DNA of 62,847 bases, the filler included, from Catajapyx aquilonaris (lineage: Eukaryota), in assembly GCA_000934665.2 (NCBI GenBank). It is 2 parts of 2 records of this genome, joined end to end, with 100 filler letters (N's around TTAATTAATTAA, not from the genome) between each part and the next. Parts side by side here need not be neighbours in the genome. Positions count along the whole stretch, not along the records: positions 1 to 31,452 come from JYFJ02004544.1; 1 more part is not named here. One strand, written 5' to 3'. Position 1 is the stretch's first letter; each line of letters starts with the position of its first letter. A model generated the notes under the pieces. The model was given only the letters and a program-made list of their open reading frames with translations. It was not told the origin of the DNA and searched no databases. Shown here one piece after another: positions 11,501 to 24,599 of the stretch. Position numbers and translations under genes: made by a program.

Positions 11501-14500
11501 CGACATGGTTGACAACCTCCTTTGCTGCGGCTGCTGCGGCGCTTTCACCTCTTCCTTCTTCTTTTGCTGGCCGCCATTCTTCTTCCGGGCAACTGCTTTC
11601 ACCACTGGACGCTGCTCCTTCACCTTGGTGGCACCCTGCTGCTTTTGAGGTGCATTGGAACCACGTGTCCGAGTCTTTGTGGTGGCAGCCGGCACCCTTG
11701 GCCTCTTCCGAGACAGATCCGAGGATGGGTTGCCACATGGATGCCAAGGAGGAGGGCTGGCCTTCTTGGGGGAGTGTTGCGGTGAGTGTTGTGGCGACTG
11801 TTGCCTGGGGTTGGCAGCAGCACCACCAAAGCACCTGAGGTGTCGGGAGTGCTTCACTGGCGAGTTGGTCGGCGACACTGGTCGGAGGCGTGGATTCCAC
11901 CTGCTGGTGGGATTGCCTGGGAGGGGAGGAGGGTTTGGGGCGACACCTAAAACGGGGCAAGGGAGCGGAGTGGCTTTTAACACACCCATCGGAGGAATCA
12001 TTATTGTGCCAACAGTGCAGGAAGGTGCTTGCCCCAGGCGAGCCTCGTTAACCAACTCCACCTGGGCCATATACTGCTGCGCTATGTACACCAGCCACTG
12101 CCACCAGCAAACTACTCTCCTTTGATCTCCAATTGCTAAGGACGCAATACCTGGATGCGACTCAGTACTACGGAGGAAAAGAGACCACCCAACCACCCTT
12201 GTCACCTTGTCCTGTGACAAACTACGAAGCAGCCCACATGCTCTCCACCAGAAGGAAAATGGAAGGACACAGTCACATGTGTGTGTGGATTGGAAAGCAG
12301 AAAAAGTGCACAGGTATAAATGCCCAAGTGTATGATTATTGTACCATATACGTGATAAATCGCTAATATGATCATGCCAATTCCCAATAAAAGGAACGGG
12401 GATGAAGGAAGGTTTCGGGTTAGCAGTTTGTAAGACTCGACGCATTCCCTGGGAAGGCCCCTGATTGACAACAAAGTGCCACAGCAGGACAGTAGTGGAT
12501 GAAGTTACCAAAATCACCCAAGAAGTAACTACTACGCCTCTCAATAAGTTACAGGCTGTCCTTCACTATTTCCCAACCTTGCAACTACTATTCCCAACAT
12601 GTGGATACTTTCTACGGTGCATGCAGTGTACAGGAAACTTTGAGAGATGGTGTAATAGAGCGTATGGTTGGCAAGCCTCGCACAGAGTCCTATTATTGCC
12701 AACTCACCCCTGGGCTTCTCTGGTGCTGGCTTCCTGAGCCCCTGGAAGGGCACCTCCCCTCCCTTCTGGATCACCCTGTACATCTCCTTCTGCTCTCCTG
12801 GACTCGGCTTCTTGTCTGGGTCCTCATCGTCCTCGTCGTCCTCGCCCGCCCTCCGCCTCCTAAACACCAGAGTGGAATCGGAGTCGTACCCTGAAGTGAT
12901 CTGCTGCATCCCATGCCTCTGGTGAGTCGTCTGCGTCTTTGTTTGCTTTGTCCGTGACAGGGATGACTTCCCAGGCTCGTAGTCCTCGATCCTCCCAGGC
13001 TGCGCCTTGTACTGGTCCAGGGAGCTGTACTGACCCCTCCTGTCAAGGGTCACATAGGCTGGCAGGGAGAGGTCGCGGTGACGTTCCTCCTCCTCCATGT
13101 AACTTGACCCATACTCCTCTGGCTCAGACAGGTACCCACTTGGGCCGCCACGACCTCCTGCCCTCCCTGCAATATTAAATGGTCAGTCACAGGCATTTAA
13201 AGAAATTAGTTCGATGTATCTACCTGCACGGCTGCTGCGGTATCGAATCGTAACAAAATCTGCAGGAACAAGGAGTGATTATTAGATACAGCTATATACA
13301 GATCTGGTTGTACTAATTAACCACAAAAGTAATGTCGCAATGTTATGTGATAGCGATGGCGACTTGTTGTTCGAGCATTGCCGAGTTAGGGATGTTAACT
13401 AGGCAATATTCTGGAATGCACAACCCATATGCTAAACAACAAGTCACGGATGCCATCACATAACTTTATAATTGATATTAGGGAGGTTGGCCCAGCATTG
13501 CCTTTCAACCTCCAAGGATAGGGAAGGAAGGAAGCGGCTGTGGCCTATTATATGGAAGCGACCCCGGAATTATCATAGGAAGACCGTGGAAAACCACAAA
13601 AAAACCACAGTCAGGGTTGCCGACCCCGGGATTCGAACCCAGGACCTCCCGATTAGCAGTCGGACGCCTTATCCACCATGCCAACCTGCTTCGGTGCCAT
13701 CACATAACAGTGCAACATTACTTTTGCGGTTAATAGTACTGTACAAAAGCATGAGCCTGACCGTCGTGTCCGCCTCGATGCAGTGTGTCGTAGACACGTC
13801 GGTACCACCTCCCTTGGTTCTCCTCCCTCACGCCCTGAAACATTCCAAAGGAACCAAATTACAAGCTGAGTCTAATGACAACAGGCCAATAAAATATACA
13901 CAACCTATATGTCCCGACAAAAATCATGGTGGCCTATACAAGTATACGTGGTAATTAGTCTAGAAAAAAGGCAACAGGTCATGCTACTCTCCGAACCTTG
14001 GAAGGCTCATTGTAACATTTTTGTTGTGGACTTATATTTTTTATGATTAACTCTGCGCATGATTGGAACTTGTTTTGGAGCAATGGTCAGTTATTTGCAT
14101 GGAGGGCACCTACAGATCTGAGTGCGACCGGCATGCCCTCGGGTGTGGTTGGTCCAATCCCGTCCACCTTCTTGGGCACCAGGTGGAGCTGCTTGCGAGA
14201 GCCTCGTTCTTCACGGTGCACCTCCCACACTGAAACAGGACAGCAGCATTAACCCTGGAACAGGGACGTACGTCGGGTAATTTAGGACCACAAAGGAATT
14301 GAAATGCATTAAAGCAAGATGATTAAAGTGATAATTACAATAATGAACTGATTGCCATTTTTTGAAAGTATAAAACTGGAAGTGCATGTTTATTTTGAAT
14401 TAGCGATCATTTTAGCCATAGTTCAAAGACTGATTGCACATAGTCAATACATTGAAAAGTAGCTATTATATATAAAAATTAATAAAAATTAAAATATGGA

Positions 14501-17500
14501 TGGGGTCCTAATAAGAGACCCCGCGTCACGGTTAACGTAACTTTCAGGCACATCACGGTTCCAGGGTTATAATGGGCATGCATGTAGATCAAAGCAACAA
14601 AATATACGCACTTGGCGTGGCGGAGACCATGCTGGTGGGTGCACCAGGATGGTGCTGCTGCTGCGATGACATTTTGTGGTCGACGTAGATGGTGTTTGAG
14701 GGTGTGCTGTGCAGGCGTGGGATGCGCCCCTCCCTGGCCTTCTGCAACAGGGTGACTGTTGGGTTGGGAGCCCTCGGGAGGGAGCTGCTCCCAAGGCTGT
14801 AGCTGGAGTAGGAGCTGGTGGACTCTGAGAGGGACGGAGGGGAGCAGGCTGGAGGCTGCACTGCTGGAGCTGGAGGCGGTGGAGGTGGTGGTGGTGGTGG
14901 TGGAGGAGTTGCTGCGGATGCCTCGAACTTGATGGGCTTGTATGTGCCTGCGTTCTTCCTCTCTGCCAGGGGACTACCAGTCGGTGGCCACCAGACAGGA
15001 GTGGTGGTTGCCCTGTTGTCCTCCGCGGTGTTGGACGATGAGGATTTGGTGATGGTGGTGCGCACCTCAGAGCGGTACTCCTTCTGGCAGCTCTCCTTCT
15101 GGTTGCTGCTGCCACTGTTGCCGACCTTCCAGGAGGTGCAGGTGGTGGACTCGTTCCCTCCCTTACTATTTGCCCCCTCACTGCCCTTGCTCTTCCCTGA
15201 TGACGGTGGACACCATACGTCTGGAAAGCAAATAAACAAAGTCAGTTAGTGTCACCTCTGGGCTGACATATAGTTGGTCAATGATGTCCACACTCTGCTG
15301 CTACTACTACACAGGAACCTTACTCAGGCATCCGAGCCAGGGCATGATGGTGCACAAAATGCCTTGCAGGCAGCAGCTCCAATGTCAATATATTAGAAAT
15401 GTATTATACAGTATATATTGCATAAAGAGGCGGATGATGCAGGCACGACCTCTGTGCAGTTGATGAGCAGGTGGGGGATTGGGGGGTAGGAAATGAGGGT
15501 GTGTCACCTGAACTGGGGGAAATGTCACCGCAGGACAGTGTCGTGGCTCATCCAATATTACACGGCCAGAAAAAGGTCAGCAGACCTATATACCACCAAT
15601 AAGAGATGGGGAGATGCCTGAATGGCATTCCCTGCTGCTGCTGCCACATTTTCACGCTGATTGGATGCCACTGCAACTACTAATTACTGCCCAGCTCTGA
15701 AAGACAAATGGGGCCTAATGTCCTAGTAAACATAATGACGGTATACTACTTATTGCTCTCGCAGGATTTATAATAATATACTAGAAACCCCCCCCCCTCC
15801 CCCATCTTCCCTCGCGTTTTTCTAGACTTTCGGTCTGCGGAGAACACAGTATTTTTAACAACCTCTTCGGACTTGTAGCCAATGATGATGCCCATCGGCC
15901 ATCCCCAATCATATTCATGGCACAGTTTCGCCTTTGGTGACGTAATGAGCCTAATTGACTTGGGAATCGGAATATGAGGTCGGCTATATGTGTTGCAGTT
16001 GACGAGTCGACAACAAGACGAGTGCCGCCTGCTGGAGACACTTGCGTCCCAAGGTTACGATTTGAAGATCCCTCCACACGGTGGCGATTGATTTTCATCG
16101 AATCGAACTGCTGTGGAAGGTTGCGTCCGGGTCTTCCCTACTGATGATCATGTTTCGGGATATACTAATAGAAGAAAGTGACAGTCGAAAAACAGTAGCG
16201 CGTGATTTATTATTACGGCGACTTATTCTGTGGGGTGGGATGGACACCCGGCAGCTCTGGCCAAGTGCGATCTTGGCATTATTGTAAACAGATTAAAGCC
16301 ACATCATTGCTGGCTCATTGAACTGAACACATAAAATCAGGGCAGCTATTCTGCGAATCAAGAGTACACGGTGATCCATTATTGCCGTCTTCTCTATTAG
16401 CCTACTGAAGAAGAATTATTATTACAGCAGGCACTTTTGCGCACCTCCGACGTGGGCTCATCCTGTGAATGTAGCTCACGTTCATGACATAAGGCCCAGA
16501 TTGCATCACTTTTTTATGAGTTGAGAGAGGATTGTGTAAAACGACCTGGCAGCAGCAGCACCAGGAACTGATCTGTTAGTTACGTAAATAACTCGCAAGT
16601 GCGTGTAATGGGTGGGCAGCAGAGAGGCGGCGGGGGAGAGGATGCCTTTTTTAAAAAAGAAAAAATTAGGCGCTTGTCCATCTCTCCGTGGAGGAAAAAA
16701 AAGGGGGGGGGCAAGTGCGAGGAAAGAGATAGGAAGATGTCCAAGGGAGCTGAGATGATGATGGGTGGGTGGGTGTGTCGCCGGGATGGTGGGGGATCCT
16801 AATGGGGTCCTGGCGTGTTGATGGGAGGGTGGTGTATAAGGAGTGAGAGACACCCTCCCTCCACCACCGAGAGTCCCCCCACCCGAAATGAAATTAGTTA
16901 AGAGGAGAGGCCATGCAACCATATTCATCCCAGCTGCTGGCCCTGGTCCAACAGCCTCTAGGCACAACCGGAAGACAGATTCGTCTCTATAGAGCAAGGA
17001 AGAAGAAGAAGACACTACGAAGATAGCATGTTCAGAAGCAGGCGAGGCCTACTCCCATCATCTTCTCTCCCACCCACCCATCCCCTCGGAAGTAGTAGCA
17101 GGTTCTCTTGGGTTCTGGTGCCAAGATGTCTGGAAATAGCTCTGGATGGGCGGCCCAGAAAGGGAACGGGTCGCGGCCACGCCCTGCTGTAACGCACCTA
17201 TTCCTACCTCTCTATCTCTCTACGACACCCCAACATATACTCGTGGAAAAAAGAAACGATGGCAAGTCCGATATACACCACTACAATCAGATTTGGCCAA
17301 TGTTACCCCGGGGGATGACCCCGACAGTCCACATTTGCTATATAGTGGAGATGAGGATTCCTGCTCTGGTGGATTGATCACGACAGGGCCGTGCTGAATC
17401 CACCAAGAATTATTGCTGGCCATGTGAGCTGCTTTTGGGGAAATGACCGGAAAACTACCTTACAGTATCGTGTGTACACGGGGTGAAACGATGTGACGTA

Positions 17501-20500
17501 ATAACGCGATGGGGGGGGAGGGAGATTACCGCATTTGACAGGGGCGTGATGTATGCACGAAGCAGTTGGCGATACTTGGTCCCATGCCACCTTGGCATTG
17601 CAGCTCCCTCCAACCGGTTTTAATGCCTTCATGCATCACCGGTGTACATAGTGATGGTTATACAGCGGTATGTCTGTCTTACCGGCGGGCGCCGTAGCCC
17701 GGAACGTAGGCGCCAGCACCACACCGCTTCCGGACATGACGCCTTCCTTGGTCCTCAGCTGGTCCTTCGTCGTGCAGGTGTTATGTGGTTGTCGTCGTTT
17801 CAGCAGCACCTTACTTCACACGCACTTTCCCGGTGTGCTCCTGGCAGGCGTCTGATGCTGGCGGTCCCCCTGAGTGTGCCCTCTACCAGGACCAGTATAT
17901 ACCCTCTGCCAATATCACCTCACGCACCCACCTACCCACCTCACAACCAACTTGAGCACCCTCGATCCCCCCACCCTTCCTATCTTCTGCCACGTACCCC
18001 ACCGCCCACGCCTCTCTTCTGGGACCGAAAAAAGCGCGCCCGGTGCCAAGTGGGACGCAAAGCCAGACCATGCCAGCAACCAACCCAACACTAACGTATA
18101 GTACGTGATACCCACCGACCATGCTCGCAGCAACCGTCGCGAGCACAATAAGATATTGTGATGCCAGAGGCAGCGACAAATACCTGCAGCATCCTACTGA
18201 TCGGGACAAATCATTGCGCGACACGTGAGGCTCCCCACAGCATCACTCTCAGGCACACCTTTCGCTGCTGCATGATGGACCAAGAAGATTAAATAGAGTT
18301 TGCCAGTGGGTCAAAAATCGTCCTGCCAGGAAATCACGTTGCCAGAAGAATATACGTCGACATCACTTCCTCGCGTCTTACAAAACAGCCAGAAGATATG
18401 ATTCCTGGTCTTCGAGATATGTATGATTCACGGTTTCGAATATTTTCGATCGACTCGTCGAGTGTGGACAATGACAAATTTATTATTGTACCTTATCTTT
18501 CTCTCCATGAAAAAGAGGGGGCGGGGGAGAATCAAAGTTGTAATGAGTAAGCAGATGTACTACTGACCTGCGTCCTGCCCCCTGAGCGCGGCCTGGATCT
18601 CCTCCAGAAGGGTAGGCCGACCGGAGGACGTCGAAGATGTCTCCGAAGCGGCGTTGTTGTCTGCTGTCGTTGGCCCCACGTCCGACCCTTCCTCCCCGAA
18701 TGACGTCACACCCACTCCGGATGCACCAGCTGCAATAATAATACATGTCATCAAAATATGACCAGGAAAGGAGGGGGTCAGCTTGCAAGGCCACTCATTA
18801 TTGTTTGCTATTGGTGTTAAAGGTGAATCGACGTCGTCCCTGATGTTTCTGACCCGATCGTGGGAGTGTCACGCTCCGTCACACTCAGGTTAACCCTGCC
18901 TGACGTCACGCTGGCCTTAACCGAACCCACTGCATTCATGCGAAGAGAATAACGCACATCACCGTTAGGTCATCATCCCCGCATCCCCATGACCTCAGGC
19001 GACCCAAACACCCTCGTGGCCCACATTGCGTCACGAATCGCCCCAGCAGCATCCCAAAAGAACACTGTGATGTACACCGTAGTAATAATCCAAAGGTATA
19101 CTACTACACTCACATCAGTCCCATTGGTGGCCCTCGTTCAATGTGGTCCATCAGGCTCAGATTGGCATCCTGATTCGTATATCAGAAGATGCAAACACGA
19201 GCCAGTTGGACTCATTCCTACTACTATACACATCAGCATGCATGTAAGAGCAGCAGGGAGTGGAATTTTTGGAACGGAGCGAGCTATTGTGGTTATGGGT
19301 AGTGCTGAAGCAATAAGCAATGCCCGGTGGATGTCGGACCGGCATGGTGATGATTGGAGGTCCTGACGGTGGCAGAGCTCCCGAGGGAGGCCATCATGGA
19401 CCTGGGCCTCTTGTGTCCGCTCCTGCTTCCTCCTCCTCCTCCACCGAAGATCTTGGCCTCTTCCCTGGCCAGGAGCAGCCACTCGTCTAGGGCCCTGGCC
19501 TTCAGTCGCTGCCTGGCCAGCTCGTCCAGCATGGCCGGAGCAGACACCACCACCTGTTGGTGCGGCTGGTGCTGCCGACGCCCCCGACGGCTCCTCCTCA
19601 CCACCACGACCTCCTCCTCTTCCTCACCGTCGGCCACCTCCTCCTCATCCTTCCGGGTAACACGACGGTGCTGCTGGTCGGCTCCTCCTGAGGTGAGCAC
19701 GTACCGTCGTTGGTGCACCCATCTGCCCGATGGCTCCTGATGGTCCAGCGACGACGGCCCCTCCTCGTGAAGCAGCCTCCGGAGAGTAGCCACGCCGCGG
19801 CCTCTCTTGTTCCCCTCCCTGCTGCCCCCGATGCCAACTACTAGCACCGCCAAATTCTTGGGAGGCTCGGGGCTGGTGCCAATAAAGGCCGACGACGACA
19901 CAGCACCCCTCCTCCCCTCATCAGCCGACGGAGACGCCACCTCCTCTTCCTCCTCCTCAGGGATGCTCTCCAATGGAAGACTGACGCAGCTGGACTCGGA
20001 CTCGTGTCTCTTCCTGATGCTCTGCTGCTGCTGCTGCTGCTGCTTCTTCTTCTTCCTCCTCCTCTTCTTCTTGACCACCACTTCCTCCTCCTCCTCTTCC
20101 TCTGGCCTAATGGTGGCCTCCTCCTGAGACGCCGTCTCTCGAGGCGATTCCTCCTCGTGTGCACCTCCTGTATCTATATCCCAAATGCACTGCAACCGAC
20201 CCTCTCCCACCCACCTGGAATGTCCGCATGCGCGATCACTTCCCAACTATACACACACAACACCCTCCTCCAGTCGACTATTCCTTCCTCCCCCACACCT
20301 TCGTCCCCCACCCACCCACACACGACACACGTGCACACACGTTTCAAACTAGAAACAGCAAGGAAGCTATCCGGATGATACAATTCCTATTCCCGAAAAG
20401 AAAAAAAAAAAACACGTCGGACCAACTTTTGGCAAGTCACATGTCACTTTTTTTTTTGCTCCCAGGGCTATATCAACCACGGTTAGATCAGTTTTGGAAC

Positions 20501-23500
20501 ATTCTTACTGAATTTCGTGCCAAATTATTATGCGCATCACCTGGCCTGTATACCGCTTGGTATTGCACCAGTTCAGACATTCGCATCAATGCCACGTAAC
20601 ATATAGTCTACAGGCTCTACACTGTAAACATCAAAACATTAAAAGAGCATCACGACTGCGTCGAGTCTCTCATGGAACATCAATTTTTAATGCTCTTGTG
20701 ATGCATTTTAGCAACAAAAAAAGCATCACGAGAGCATTAGAATAGCACATTTTGGCAGCACTGCTTGGCTCACTCCCCCTCACTTGGACGTGTACATTAC
20801 GATAGGCATATGCCCCCTATACCAGCAGTTGTCGCATATTCTGCACACTATCCTGCCGTGCTTAGGGCGAAAGTATAGTACTACATACAGGGTGGTGATG
20901 AAGTCCACCAGCAGTGTGCTATAACCAGCGCGCGTCTCCCCTCCATTGAAGTGGGTTCCAACCTCTCTAGTATGACCGCTACATGATTGTCCTCCCATTG
21001 TTGAAAGGGGAATAACTGGTAACTATAATTACACTACCTATAGGCGATGAGTCAACTTGTTTATGACCGGACAAACTTGTGGACAGAGAGAACAAGGGGT
21101 TCAGTTTACTCCTATACGAAGACTTGCAGGACGCTCAGGAGCACATCATATTGATTCAATATATATAGGGTTTGCAGCTGACATTGGATACCGCACCCTC
21201 TTCGCCGTGGCTGAATTATTTTCATCATAATATTTTCCTAAACGGAGTTGGCGGTGATGTCAATAAGCAACTGACCTGCTTCGTCTGCGGGTCCTTCGAC
21301 GCCGTTGATGGTTGCGACGGCCTCGGAGGATGTGGTGGCGACCGACGGCGCCTCTTGCCGTTGCCGTTGTTGTTGGTCGGTGTGGTGAGCTGCACCTGCT
21401 GAGGAGACACACGGGTGTTGACGGACTGAACCGCGCCAGATGAATGGTATATAGGGTTCTGGTTGGGTTGGATGCTGTGGATGGATGGGTGGACGCCCTG
21501 AAGGAAGGGAAACACCAACAAAACGACAACAAACAAACAGCAGCAAGTGTGTCAGGAAAGTGAGAGGGAGGGATAGGGGGTGGGGGGGGGGTCAGAGGAA
21601 GCGGAAGAAGGGAGAGGAGAGGGGGGGATGGGGTCCGCCCCTGGACTGGAGTCTGGCCCCCTTTACGCCGTCCTCGAGTTTTACACCGTGGGAATTTAGA
21701 GGCGCGCCCATTACATCCCTCTACACACCTCACCCCACCCACCACCCCACCCACCACCCCACCCTCCCCCACACCTAATTACACCAGATAATGGACCGTC
21801 CATTTAACGCCGACACTATATACATACTCTCCCATGGAAACTTCCGGAATTCTGGGGAATTCCAGGTCGGCTGGATGGTTATACGCCACGGAGGAATCAT
21901 CAAGGAGGCAGCTATGGGCACGAGGACCATCTCGCACCATTGCTGAGAAGGTCCTCGTGCATATAGAGTCAAGAAAATGGAATGACGAAGGTGCCAAAGG
22001 CAATGTTTCACCCTCCCAGTATAAAAGAGGAGATGCAAAATTCAGGGCGACTTAAATCTGCTGGAGTCAATATGACACATTCTCTCCAGCAGCTGCCATC
22101 ATGTTCCAGGCAACAAACAACCAACTGACCTGAGGCATCGTTGTTGTCCTTTGGTTGCTCGGTGGAGGCAGACCTGCGCCAGCGTCGGGACCTCTTCGGG
22201 GACGACGACGACGCATCCGACGACCACCCTCGGCTGAAACAAGAAGAATACAACACCCGGCATTAATTTGACAAATCACACTATAGAAACACGCACTTCA
22301 TCTAACCGCAGGCAGTAAGTCGTACACTATAGGAGAAATCAGTCGAGCTGACAAGTCAATCATTCAATAGCTTACTTTATATGGGTCGTGTAACCATCTG
22401 TTTCATTACAGAATTTTTCTTGAGGGTGAGTTATATTCACTTCGCAATGCACCTGCTTTTCACTCAAGTCGGGTTGGCAGGAAAGTTGAAAACATTGGGT
22501 AATCCGCAGCGCCTGCAATGTGCTGTGTGTATATAGTACGCCCTGTGTGTGTGTTGCCAAAATTCAATGTTGGACCCAACCAGTTGAATCTCGAGACACA
22601 CCCACTCTCTCTGAACACTGCATGGTTCAACAAGGATTGATGGAATTATATAAGAGCCTGTATAGTATATAACACGATGTGACTTGTCACTGTCACAGTT
22701 TTGTCGACTAAAAAGTCATGCAGGACCATTTCGGTGGACCTAATGGCGCTTCCGGACCTGCTCAATAATAACCAGAGTCTGTTACATATCATGTTGCATA
22801 ACTACATTGCAGGGTGTTTCGTAATGATGCAGGCGAAACCGATGGGACTGCATTCCGCAAGACAAACAGGCGATGATCTGCTGCAGGGATGTCATTTGGT
22901 CTATACGAAGCCTCTCGTTGCCTGAGCTAATTAGCATTATTAATTAAAGACTGCATTACACCATGTATGTGGCGGACGCAGCATGTCGCATTGGACACCT
23001 AATTAGATCGCATTTGAAATTAAAATTAGCTTTATAAGTGAATGTCGTTCGGAGGGACGCGTATACGTCCCAGGACATGACTTGTGTTTAAAGCCCATTA
23101 TCTGCGGGAAATGACCAAATGATGCTGTTGCTGGTTCTCACCCTGCAGTGCTTGTGCCAATCATTATTATGAAACATCCTGCATAATAACGGGAGCGATC
23201 TGATCAGAGTGCATTATAGAGAGAGACCCACCCCAAAAATAGCGGTGAAAGATATGCGTGGAACACGCATGCAGGTGACATGTCAACTTGTGATACGTCA
23301 ACAATGCTGTACACTTCTGCAACATGGACTCGACCTTGCTCGTCACCCACACCTTTTGCAGAGTACGTGTTATGATGACAACAGATGCAACAGAGTGGCC
23401 TTTATCGTCTCACGCCTGTTATTCTCTCAAGAGGATATATGATGAGACCATTCCCTGGTGCTTTTAGCTCATCACCATCCCATCCAAAGCCCCCATTGAA

Positions 23501-24523
23501 AAATCGAGGCTGGAAGGATGAAGGTCGGGAAAAGGTGTGCTTCCGTTTCTCATTTTTGCGCCACCAACCATCAAACATGCGCAGAGAATAGGAGGACGGG
23601 AAGGAATTAAACCAGACTCTCTTTTCGCCACATTATACGCTATACCGCCGAAAAAGAGTGTTGGGGGGGACTCCGCCCATATTAATTCACTGGCTCTATG
23701 GTCCACCTAACCTACAGCCCAAAAAAAGAGGCAATCCAAGGACCTGTGATGGTGGCCAGCCCAGCATTATCACAGCAGAGGTGGCAGCCTGCAGATGCAC
23801 GCACCATCGGTTTTAGTGCCTCTTTCTCACAAAAAAAATGGTGTGGGGACAGGGGAGGGGGGGACGTTCCTTCTGTCAAAAAATTAATTAAATGCAGTAG
23901 CCTACAACGAATATACGGTAAATAAATAAAAGGCAGAGTCGGGATGAGCACAGACGAAGTGCTTGACAAAAAGGGCAGAGAATGAAGTACGGAAAAAAAG
24001 TCCAGTTACGCATTCACAATAGCCTATACATACAGTGACATAATCAGGGTATTTGACCACTAACTGACTTAGATACACGAGGCCATTAGAGGTATAATAC
24101 CGCTGCGGTGTTTGTGGAAACGCCCCTATAATAAGCTTATGCGGCACCGGCAGCACCCGAGCTTCATGATGGTATCGTATGTACATGATGCTGGCATCGG
24201 TGCCATGCAATGCACTGTACAGTGCACACGGTGCACACCATGATGCAGCTGGAAAGCACAGCAGGCCATCATGATGCAACAAGTGGGGGCATAAATGATG
24301 GGGCTGCAATTGTCCATTGGGGAAGTCAGTCCCACCTCACACATATTTCATGAGCCCCTGGCACACCCACTCGCAGATCTTTGTCTATATAGTGCTCTAT
24401 TCTTAGGTACAGCAGGGCATGACACGATTATGAGGGCAATTCAGAGAGAGGCCGGCTTCTGATGATGCGGGTCTCTATATATTCGCCGTTCAGTCCACGG
24501 TGCGTTGGGTTGCATATTCGGCA

Positions 24524-24599
<76 letters not shown>

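Noticed and set aside
11947..12544. N-terminal ~200 aa of the 843-aa ORF
   Set aside because: Lies between the donor at 12707 and the strong acceptor at 11947; intronic open frame.
2882..20599. Numerous plus-strand and alternate-frame ORFs overlapping the two genes
   Set aside because: Shadow ORFs of GC-rich, low-complexity exons; no recognisable domains.
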